This document shows positions 13,419 through 24,772 of a stretch of 64,000 nucleotides of DNA, in pieces; positions within the stretch are counted from its first letter, which is position 1; the number at the start of each line of letters is the position of its first letter. A program made the translations under genes and the position numbers. Below the pieces are notes generated by a model. That model saw nothing but the letters and a program-made list of their open reading frames with translations, was not told where the DNA came from and did no database searches. The DNA comes from Lytechinus pictus (Eukaryota), in NCBI RefSeq assembly GCF_037042905.1, contig NC_087252.1, positions 16,804,001 through 16,868,000 on the forward strand, in the 5' to 3' direction.

Positions 13419-13622
13419 TACCTATATGTTCTGTAACAAACTACTTGAATTCCCCCCATTTAAAAATTTCGGATCGCGATTTGCGCTCGCATTATTTGCT
13501 ATAAATGTATCAACCCATGAATGCTGTTCATGATTACAAAAAATATAAAATATCCAGTTTTTCAGGCCTCATGCACTGTCAACAGATTTCACGCACTCAT
13601 TAGGCTTATTAGATTAATAAAT

Positions 13623-15394
13623 GAAGAGCTCACTTGCAAAAGGGGTTAGGTCCATTTTTCATCAAATTTGATTTTTATGTCTCAATGTATAGATTTTTAG
13701 TAGCTCTATGAGATGATACCAAAGAAAAGTTGAAATTCCTATTAAAAAGTGAACTAAAATGGCAAAGAAAAGCCACTTTTTTTTCAAAAGGGTTTAGGTC
13801 CATTTCAGTTTAGTTGCAAAAGGGGTTAGGTCCAAACAGATTTTTTTTGGAAAAGTATATCATAAAATATATGAAGACAGGTAGATTTCTTTTATACCCA
13901 ATTTTAATGTTCTCATGGAAGGGTATCATGAAAATTCAGTTTCGCATAAAAATATTGCAATATGGGAGAATTAAAAAAATATTTTCTTGGAGTGGACCTA
14001 ACCCCTTTTGCAACAAAACTCTTCTGAAGACCTCATTTGTCAAAATGGGTTAGGTCCATTTTTCATAAATTTTATTGTTTTCTGTCTCTAAACCTCTAAA
14101 TTTTTAGTCACTCTGATGATACGAAAGAAAATTTGAAATTCAAATGAAAACGTGAATGAAAGTGGCAAAGAAAAATCACAATTTTAATCAATGAAGAGGA
14201 AATTGAAATAGTTCATAAGTTCAAATACTTAGGTACCATTATTGACGATGGATTAAAATGGGGAGATCAATGCAATTCAATTTACAAGAAGGCAATACAA
14301 CGGATGTATTTCATAAGAAAATTGAAGTCATTCCATGTTGACCGCACCATAATGGTTTTATTCTATAGATCACTTATTGAAAGCATCCTCATATTTGATT
14401 GTGTGGTTTGGTTCACAAGCTGTCGCAAAAAAGATCTGAATATACTAAGTAGAATGGTCAGACAAGCAGAAAAAATAACAGGACCCGACCTTAACCTCAC
14501 TGATGTATGTCGAAACAGAATACTTGAAAAGGCAAAAGAGATACTATACAATAATGATCACCCATTGAATGTAAACTACGAAAGGATGAGATCTGATAAT
14601 AGACTACGGTCGGCACGTTGTCGAACAAATAGGTTCTTAAACTCATTCGTGCCAAGCTCAATCCGAATGCTGAATGAGGAAGGGATTGTATAAGAATAAT
14701 GATATGCCTAATAATGTAAATTTACCTTGTCGGGTAGTTGATGTTAATTCTTTAAAAAAACAATATTGAAAATAAAAATGATATGTAAATACTGATAACA
14801 ATAACAATTACAAGTGGACAATGCTGTGAAGATTTATAGTACTGATTTATTACAATTCTAATGCAATTTCAATTCAATATCCGATATCTAACTTTCAGTT
14901 CAGATTTCCATTTCAATCTTAATTTTAATGTCAATAACAGTATTTTTTTAAAATGCTACCCAGTGGGTAGCATTTGCACGTGTATATCATAATTGACTAT
15001 ATGTGATTGTTTGATTTTCTGTAAATATGTTCATTTTCTATGCTATGTTATGTATGTTCAATACCATGTAAAAATGCAAATTTCCACTTATTTATTTATC
15101 TGGACAATAAATACTACCTTATGAACCTTATGAACCTTATGAAAAGAGATTGGATTCATTTCAGTTTAGTTGCAAAAGGGGTTAGGTCCACAATGATAAT
15201 TTTTTTAAAGATATATAGAAAAAATTGAAGACAGGTAGATTTCTTTTATACCCAATTTTATGTTCACATGATAGGGTAGTACATCATGACAATTTAGTTT
15301 CTCATAAGACTATTGCAATAAGTGAGAATAAAAAACATGGTTTTTCTCGGAATGGTCCAAAGTGGACCTAACCCCTTTTGCAACTAAACTCTTC
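13623..15394. mobile_element. Sola-like non-autonomous DNA transposon
   Basis: TIR GAAGAG..TTGCAAAAGGGGTTAGGTCC / GGACCTAACCCCTTTTGCAACTAAACTCTTC; 4-bp TSD AAAT; superfamily inferred from TSD. Confidence 0.7.
14172..15140 (+). mobile_element. 5'-truncated CR1-group (Rex1/Babar-like) LINE, RT C-terminus plus 3'UTR
   Basis: IEIVHKFKYLGTIIDDGLKW...QRMYFIRKLKSF...FYRSLIESIL...RTNRFLNSFVPSSIRMLN (stop 14693); AATAAA and (ACCTTATGA)n tail. Confidence 0.85.
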
Positions 15395-17118
15395 AAATAT
15401 GAAATACAATTTTTATGAATTCATAACTAAATTGTCCTTTTTCAAAAAAAAATATCGACACGTTCTAGGAAGAGGAATAAAAGATAGGCACCATTTTTAT
15501 ATGACAAAATGTCCTTAGGCCTAAAATGTCTCGATCCTAGTTTTAAAAAATAATAAAATATCAGCTCGCGCTTCGCGCTCGAATCATTTATTAAGTACTT
15601 TCCACATCCACTTCACAATTCCCCTATATACACAGTGCTTTAAATATTGCTTAAATTGACCAATTTCATATCGGAATTTCAAATATTATTTCCAGCTCGC
15701 GATCCGCGCTCGCATTATTGATTTTCATGATGAAAAATGAAATGTATTCAGAATGCCCAGATTTTGTCTAACTCCAAAACACGTGCATGCATGTTTATCG
15801 AGATACGCATCTTGATCTTATTGAAAACGTGCTAAAATTATCCAGTTTTAGATCAGAATATCAAAATTTTCTGCTCGCGCTTTGCGCTCGCATTATTAAT
15901 GTAGGAAGATACCAAAAACTACCCATCATTTTTCATGAGTGACAAAACATGAATCGAGTGTCCCGTTGGGGGTTTGAAATCTAATTTTTTAGGTTGGAAT
16001 ATCAAAAATGTTCAGCTCGCGCTTCGCGCTCGCATTATTTAATCGTTGAAATATGTATTGTCTTAATGGCTAACTGCAAAACTTCCTTAACAGGTCCCTT
16101 TTCGACCAGGTCAGAACGCACATTAAAAATTTCTGCTCGCGCTTCGCGCTCGTAGTAATTATCTAGTTACATACGCATCTTGTTCAGGTTCACAAACATT
16201 GCCCAGAATGTTCAATTTTCAGGTCAAAATACATGAAATTTATTTATTTTTTCCTCGCATAGGGCTTATGAGATTATTGCACATTAATGTTGTTTATAAA
16301 GTAAAGCTAGGAAATGACTGTTAGGACATGGGCGTTTTGTCCCCCCCCCCCCCCAAAAAAAAAAATCACGACCAAGAACAAAAAGAGAGAAAAGGAAAGG
16401 GATTATGGTGAAATATAATATTATTTTCCAAATTTTATGTCAAATATATCGCGCTTCGCGTTATCATTATTTATTTAGGCCTTGTGAGATACCTCAATGT
16501 GTTTTTAAGAATAAAATTTCGGAATTTCTTTAACTTCTACCCCCATTTTATTTTATTGTTTTATCTTGGTGCCCTCTACCAAAGTTCAACAAGCCCCCCC
16601 CCCCCCGTGCAACCCTGCTGAATAAATCACAGCTTCGCTACTGATGAGGAGATTGAGTCGATTGCTTCGAGATTGCATTATTCCCAAGAGGTTATCATTG
16701 ATATTAATAAGGGCTATTCTAAACAACTAGTAAAGAAACTACAGCTCCCGTTCACACAATATTCTAGTAGGGCCTACTCTGGTGAGAAGTTAAACCAAAT
16801 TGAGACCCCCCAAAATCGCTCGCGCTTTGCGCTCCCATTGATATTGCATTATATATTCATGGATTTTTTTGTTCAAGAACACATTAAAAAAGTGGTCTTT
16901 AATTGTCTTTTTTTATGTGATTATGTAATAAGATAATTCAAAATACATTCAAGGCATTTAAGCTACATTTAAGTTAGCCTGGCCGGGAGGGAGGGGGCGC
17001 CATTTTTCGAAAAGTACACATGGGCGCCAAAAATCAGGTCAAATTTGGGCCCCCCTCCCCACAAAATTGTGGATCCGCGCCTGACTACTACTGCTACTGC
17101 TACTATTGGATTCTTCTA

Positions 17119-18097
17119 CAGTGCGTATCAAAAAAAAGTTAACACTTAGAAAAAATCCTGTAAAATTATACATTCGTAGTATCCTGAAGATTATTCCACA
17201 TTTTAACATTGGTACAGATCCATTTAAGCAAATGACGAGATAACTGTCGAAAAATATTTCCGCTTGAGTGAGCACCACTTACTTTTGAAAAGTTAGTGAA
17301 AAATGATTTGCGCAGAACTTTGAAATAGTTATGCGAATAAAAGTAGACCTTAATTATGAAGAACACATTGAATTTAGCTAATAAAATTGATTTGAAGATA
17401 TATTTTACCCTTTTAACTAGTTTCCTTGCCCAAAACACTTCGATTAGTGCATTGCGCCCCACCCCACTCCCCCACACACCGAGGCTATCATGACGATACT
17501 TGCTTTACACTGAGCTGTGATTTCCATGAAATGGCTTAGTCGTGATTTTCATTTTGTTAATCATCGTCAAGCTTGGGAATAGTGTGGAGAAACAAGAAAT
17601 AAATGAAATGTAAACCCACTTTAAATGATTAAAACTTAGTTAAAAAATGCTGGAGATGTCTGATATAAACTTTTGTTCAGATTTACTTATGTCCTCAGAT
17701 TCAGCTGGCACAAAAAGGGTAAATGTTGTGCTTACTAACTGTTGAAATATTAATTTGGGTGGCAAAATTGTTTTACAAAATGTTTAAATGTATCATTTGT
17801 ATTTCAATTGACTAAAAGTGCAAGTGGAATGTATAAGAAATGTTTTGCAGGGTAATTTTGATTTCGCCCCTTCCCCTTGACACCGCGTGAAAACGAGCAT
17901 TTCAGCGCAAACAGATTTCTGCGAGCTTTGCAAAAATAGACAGTGCTCGCTCAAGTGTAATATTCTGTCAACACTTTTACTTTCATTGGATAGATGAGAC
18001 CCAAACCCAAGAATATATGCGAAAATATTACCCACATGTTGTATATTTCTTAATTCCTAGGGTTTTTCAGAGTGTAAACTTGTTTTGATACGCACTG
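17119..18097. mobile_element. Tc1/mariner-like MITE
   Basis: TA|CAGTGCGTATCAAAA...TTTTGATACGCACTG|TA. Confidence 0.9.
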
Positions 18098-18761
18098 TAT
18101 ACTAGCCAGATTGCGGTTTTCATTCGCTTGTGAGTTCGACATTAATGATGCGCATTACCAAGAATCACTACTCTGTTTAAAAGAAATTATTTTGGTTAGG
18201 CGATGGTTCGTAATTTACTGTTTTTTTGTGGTAAATTGTGTACTTTAAATGGCCCCTTTTAAGAAGATAGTTATTGTTGTAGCTTTTGAATAAAATGGTT
18301 TCATTATTTGATTTTTACACGCTTGTCCGCGGGGGGGGGGGGGTAATGGTACTAGAACAATATATTGATTTCTTAGCAGTATTTTGTGGAAGATATAGTC
18401 ATTAGATTTGGGTAATAACTGAAATTCTTGCATCCAATCGGTCAATGAAAACTACTGATCATGGTCACGGCTACACACACACAAAAATGAATGAATGAAT
18501 AACCCCTCCAAAAACAATAAATTTTTAAAGTTATTCACATAACATAAAAAGGTAATATAACAAAAACAAAAGCACAATAGTCCTAATATAAGCAATGGAA
18601 ATAAATGTCAACAAAATGAATGCGGGAAGCACAAAGCATTGTGGCCCGGCAAGTTCTAAACGCCACTGTTCGGGGTGGCGCAGACCAGTTTGGTCGTCGT
18701 ATGGCGGTCGTGGCTGGTGATGAGTCTATTCGCTTGGCTGCTGCTCAGTTCGGCGCTAGAG

Positions 18762-21700
18762 CACGTATGTTCACGGCCTCAACTCAGTGGAGCGCGCCAT
18801 TGAAAGGCCTTTTCGCCTAGCAATATTGTTAGCGACGTTTGTTAGCATCACTTTGCTCACTCTCCAAAATGTCTGCGACATTAAAATTCTAAAAACAATG
18901 GATTTGTTGAATTTTAGTGAGGCTATGAATGTTTATCATTTACATTGACTATCAGTGTACCAACATATACCGAATTTACAAGCAAGTGTGGGTAAGACTT
19001 TGAATTATCAGTCATTTCGATGCAATCCCAAAATTGATGAAAATATAACAGAAATTCGATATAGCATTGCAAAATCCTTTTTTTCATATTAATTATTTGC
19101 AAAAGCATCTTAGTACGTTTCCTAGAATTTTTCACAACTGATAACGGTGGTGGCTTATTGATTCTAGTTTTTTTAAAGAAATGGCAGGCATTTGAAATCA
19201 GGTAAATTGTTGTTATATTTTTAAAAGAAAATCGTTAGATTCGAACAACTTACTAATAGTTCTCCAAAAGAAGGGTTATATTCTATTATCTGTGTGTAAA
19301 TGATACATGACGACAACTTTTACGAGTATATCATTGCATGTTGGATAACCTTTTCCACGATGAGTTTCGTAATTGAGAGAAAAATCAAGTTCATTCCTAG
19401 CACGCGAGCCGCAGAATGATAAATTTTAGCGTGCGCACACGGGCTGATCGCCGTGTCTGCGGGGACGGATATCTAGTCCCATACTGGTGTAAGGTGGTAT
19501 TTTCCACGTACCTTTTCCCCTTGTAATGACCACTTCGCACTTTAATACTTAATTTTGACACTTAATCTGTGAAATTAATGATTTAACGATTTTGGAAAAT
19601 GTTCGGAATATACCTAACACATAAATGATTTCATTTTCTAGAATTATTATTTCTTTCCTGAATTACCAAAAGGCAAATTTAGGTCAAGATTGCATATACT
19701 CACATTGACTGTTTATCATAGCGCATATCTATTACAATTTCTATTATGTGTGTCTATATTATATAAATTGTCCTGATGTAAATATATGTTATAGAATCAT
19801 ATTGGATACAAAATCATGACGGGTGTCATGGTCTGAGTTTTCTTTGTTAAACAAACAAAATACTGCGTGATTCCAATTGTATTTGAACATGTCATCGTAT
19901 GCAACGGCAATTTCAATCAATCAGTTTATAATTTTCTTTTGATTAGTCAGCGTTTATTTTTCAATGTGCAGAATTGGTTCGCAAGCGGTTTTTACACCAA
20001 AGAGCTTGCCAAAGAGCTCATTCCTGGCACTTCGACTAAAGATGGATATGATTATTTTGTTTCTCATGGTTATCCATTTTTAAAAACAATATTTATTTAC
20101 TGCAGCCAACGAGTTCCTGACACAATATATATTTTGACTAAAAACTACATTATGAATGTCCCCCGAGCGGTCTTAAAGTAAAAAAGAAATACCCTTTTTC
20201 GCAAATGAATCATAGTTGTAGCTGTAAAATTACTTTGTCTTAATTCCTTTCCTCTTAATTTAATATTTTAGTATTTCATTTACATAACCTAAATCAAGGA
20301 GGATTCGGAACGATTATTGTCTGATGATTATGGGTGTGAAAGGACCCCTCCCCAAAAATAATAATGAGTAAGAATAAATAAATAAATGAATATATAAATG
20401 AAATGAAATTAAATTAAAATAAAAGTCAGTAATCTTTAACAGGATAGTTTGAAAGCTTATTTTCAGTGGGGTCCTCAACACGTATAGAATTGTAATTATG
20501 AAAGGTAAAATATGTTTACACTATAAATATGAATATGAATTACTATTAAAAATAAATAAGATCTTGAGATGGTATGTACAAGAAATATATAAAAAAGAGA
20601 ACGAAGAAGAAAGTTGAAGGTATAATGTTGTCTGAAGCGGATCGGGAGAAGGGGGTGCTCCTTTCCCTCTCTTTTCCAATACACCGGGTGAGTTATGTAT
20701 ATCTCAATATTGATTTTATAACAAACTACTTAAAATCCCCATTTCATGACAGATTATAAAAAAATTCGGCTTACGATTTGTGCTCGCATTGATTGTTGAA
20801 AATATATTAAATCGTGCATCATAATTACAAAAGTGCTTTAAATGTCCATTTTTCAAGCCATAATATTAACAGATTTCGCGCTCTCATTAGGCTTATTAGA
20901 CTAATAAATAATATATTAATTTAGTAATCACTATGTCCTTGTTTTCAGAATGGAATATCGACAAGTTCTATTTCGTGCTTAGGAAGAGAAATGGGAAGAC
21001 AGTCATCATTTTCATTTGATGACATAATGTTCTTAGGATGTCCCGGTCCTAGGTCAAAACTCAAAGGAATAATATTAAAACATATCGGCTTTTTTAAAAC
21101 TGTGATCCAAATCCACCTCACAATTGTCCAACAAAGTGCTTGAAATACAGAGATTAAATTGTCCCTTTTTCAGATCGGAATATCAAATACTTTAAGCTCG
21201 CGCTTTTTGCGCTCGCTTTATTGATTTTCATGATGTAAACGGTATTTAGAATGCCCAGATTCTAGGTCGCGCATGTTTATTCAGATACGCAGCTTGTTCA
21301 CTATTTAAATCATCCAAATATCAAACATTTTCTGCTCGCGCTTTGTAATCGCATTATAAGATTTCCAATTATCATTTTCATGATTTACACAAAATGATCA
21401 GAGTGTCCCATTTTTGGGTGTAAATCTCGATTTTTTTCCGCACGAGCTTCGCGCTCGGATCAATTGTTTAGTCATTTACTTATTATTATCACGATTACAA
21501 AAAGTGCTTAGAATTTCCATACTTCGTCTAGAAATGTCAAAATTTTCAGCCCACGCTTTTCGCTCGCATTATTTGATTGTTGAAAAATGTAAGGTCTTCA
21601 TGGCTAACTGCAAGCAGCTGTTTTTGATCAGATCAAAACATATATTAAAATTTTCTGTTCCCGCTTCGCGCCCGCAGTAATTATTATGTAGTTGCGGTGG

Positions 21701-22650
21701 ATACACATCTGTCTTAGGATCACAAACATTGCCCAGAATATTTAGATTTTAGGACAAAATACTTTGCACTCGCACTAATCAAATAAGGCTTATGAGATTA
21801 TTATATATTTATGTTGATTTATAAGAATAAAGCTTAGACTATTATAATAAAAGACTACCCCTTCAAAGATACAAACAAAACTCAACTTCGAGTGGCCGAT
21901 CGGGAAAATGTGGCTTAACAAATTCGGCTCCCCCCCCCCCCCCATATTGGCAAAGGCTGGATCCGCCCCTGTCTACTGATAGCTCTTGAAGGGGGGGGGG
22001 ATGAGTTACCCTTGAATATTATTGTTGAATATTCAGCTCAATATATTGCTTTGACCCCCATCCCTTCACACACGTTTTGTATATCCCCGTCTACTAACAG
22101 CTCTTGGGGGGGGGGACCATTTTTTTTTAACTCAACATAATTATTGCTCTCACACCCCCCCCCCCCGATCAGATGAATTACGCCACTTGACGTGCGTGAT
22201 TTCAATTGCAATATAGCCCCAAGATCCACTGACTATTTATTTAGCTTACACATTAAAAAAAACTGGAGAGTTGTCAAACTCCACACAAATATACAATATA
22301 AAGATAATAAAATATTGAAATTTTTTACCCCCGTCTCCCACACTCGATCTATTACGTATTAGACAATGATATGAAATTATGATGATCTGCCTTTATTTGC
22401 GCACGATATTCTTAACTAAAGTCATGATATGACCATTGATATAATGGATTATAAATTTTCATAGTTTGATCACACCATATCCACTTTAAATCCCTGGAAA
22501 TTCCAGCAACAATACATGTTGTCATGCTTGGTACGACACACATTTTCTTTATTGAAAAGTATCACGACACCAACGTTGAAACTGTGCAAAGGCCTTTAAT
22601 GGCGAACTCCGCTGGGTTGATACATAGCCTATGGGTGATGAACATACGTG
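18762..22650. mobile_element. CAC-ended DNA transposon, Chapaev/CMC-like, non-autonomous
   Basis: TIR CACGTATGTTCA / TGAACATACGTG plus about 50-bp imperfect subterminal IR; 4-bp TSD AGAG, confirmed against the uninterrupted paralog. Confidence 0.85.
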
Positions 22651-22741
22651 AGAGGAGCGGAAGCAGGGGTTCAGGCAGCAGTTGAAGGAGCTGCACCACA
22701 GTTTCTTGCTAACGCTGGCAAGATGGCAATGTTGGTACCTG

Positions 22742-24772
22742 GGGCCCATTTCATAAAGGTACAGCGTCAGCGTCAAGTCCCAAAACAGTGTCAAATTTTC
22801 ACTTGCAGCGTCAAATTTAATATTTGACGCTGCAGCGCATTTCATAAAAAGTTGACGCTCCAGTGGGAGCGTCAACTTTTTACTGGAGCGTCAAGTATGG
22901 TTACTGGAGCGTCAAATAGGGTTAAATATTTGACGCTGGTCATGGGGGAGCGTCAAGTTGACACTGTAAAAGGTTTTTCATTGTGAAGAATGGCATACGT
23001 TGTGCTCAGGCATGCCCAAAGGGCTCTTACAAGAGAACGGATATCTAGAGCAATGTCTATGATAATAATGCTAATGAAGAATATATTAAGGTAATGCTTT
23101 CTAGTAGAAATGCCGTTTCTTTTTTTTGTTCTACCTATCCCCCCCCCCCAAAAAAAAAATGTTAAAAATTCCTCCGAAACAGCAAATTTTTCAGTCTTTC
23201 CCAGGGCAGGCAAAGGGAAAAAAAGGGAGGTTATAGACAGACTTTAAAAAAAAAAAAAATGGAGAGGATTTTTTTTCTTGTGGGAAAAAATAGAGGAAGG
23301 TAGATCTATTATGTGGAAGTGTTTAATTCAAGGCCTAAATTAAAAAAGCCCTAGGCCATAAACAAGGATACACTTCGGAATTCCAAAGGTTCTTTATTCC
23401 GAAGGTCCGTAATTCCGAAACACGTAAATTGCCTATACCTCGACGTTCGTTAATCTGAAAACGTAAAAGGGTTCGTTAATCCGAACATTTGTGGCGTTAT
23501 TTCGAAGGTTCGACAATCCGAAAACGAAATAAGGTTTGATGTTCCGAAGGTTCGTTAATCCAAGAACGAAATAAGGTTCGTTGTTCCGAAGGTTCGTCAA
23601 TCCGAAAACGAAATAAAGTTTGTTAGTCCGAAAACGAAATAACGTTCGTTAATCATTTCGTTTTCGGACTAACGAACCTTCGGAATTACGAACCTCATTT
23701 CGTTTTCGGATTAACGAACCTTCGGAATTACGAACCTCACTTCGTTTTCGGACCAACGATCCTTCGGAATAATGAAGCTTCGGAATTACGAATGTATGCG
23801 ATAAAAAAATGATTGCTTTTTTTTTCTGTTTCTGACTTTCTCAAAAAAAAAAGTTGTGGCCATGGCATTGTTGAATCCATTTACTGAATGGTTATTCACT
23901 GTTGAAACCGATAACTTAAAAATAATTTCCATTTTGAACAAAAATAATCTTTTAAGTTCAGTTTCGATGTTTCATGCATAATTAGAGCCTACAAATTTAC
24001 TTGCTTCAGGGTGATTTTTAACAGCACTGCACCAGCAGTGGCCTGTGCCTGCCCTGTTGTTGATACAACCTTGCATTACCGACACAAATAGTCAAGTGTG
24101 GGACTGGGATTAAACTTGTACGGTAGAAACTTTGTTGAAGGTGAAATTTCGACCGGCAATAATGATGCCTTTTCACTTTTTTCAAAATAATTTTTTCCAT
24201 GGCATAGGGCTAAAATATATAAATTATCTGAAAACTTACACAATGGAGAATAATGCTATGCCATCCCAGGAAAAATTAGTATTTTCTTCTTACTCTCTTC
24301 TAGAATTGCAAGCCAGGCATTACCATAGAGCCATCACTCTGTATCAACGGCTAGTCTTATGCTGCAGACCCTGTTTGCAGCTGCTAAATAACAATTTCGC
24401 TCCCAAAAAAATTTACAAGCAAAAAAATATATATTCTCCTTCAATTTTGTTTCTTCTAATTTTGCTTCTCAAAGGTGGGGGGGGGGGGGGGCACAGGCCG
24501 GCTGTGCCCCCCCCCCCCCGGATCCGCCAGTACTTTCTACCTAAACTTATGACTTGAATTGAAAACAAAAAAACTGGAGAGAAAGGGGATTTCCCCCTAA
24601 TCAGCCTCGTACATGACTATTCAAATAATTCGCTGGAAAGTCAAGCTGACTTTCCAGCGAATGTGCTTTTATGAAATGCAAAGTTGCTAGCATAGCAAGT
24701 AAAAGCTGCTATTCTACCAGAGTTGCTATGATAGCAACTTGCTATGATAGCAACTCTTTATGAAATAGGCCC
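22742..24772. mobile_element. PIF/Harbinger-like non-autonomous element
   Basis: TIR GGGCCCATTTCATAAAG / CTTTATGAAATAGGCCC; 3-bp TSD CTG confirmed against the paralog; AGCGTCAA subterminal repeats. Confidence 0.9.
23366..23800. mobile_element. Short CCGAAGGTTCG foldback element
   Basis: Ends GGATACACTTCG / CGAATGTATGCG; TSD ATAAACAA/ATAAAAAA; same family as 40071-42314 in the opposite orientation. Confidence 0.8.

Larger units (their letters stand above)
6817..17083. mobile_element. 10.3-kb hAT-like non-autonomous element containing nested insertions
   Basis: Perfect 14-bp TIR CAGGCGCGGATCCA / TGGATCCGCGCCTG; 8-bp ACTACTAC on both sides; the TAC microsatellite resumes after the right end. 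Confidence 0.75.

Noticed and set aside
18762..22650. RAG/Transib transposon with RSS-like ends
   Set aside because: The TSD is 4 bp rather than 5, and no nonamer-like box or RAG coding remnant is visible.
22985..23060. Harbinger transposase N-terminus (HAQRALTRERIS)
   Set aside because: Too short and frameshifted to support a coding call.
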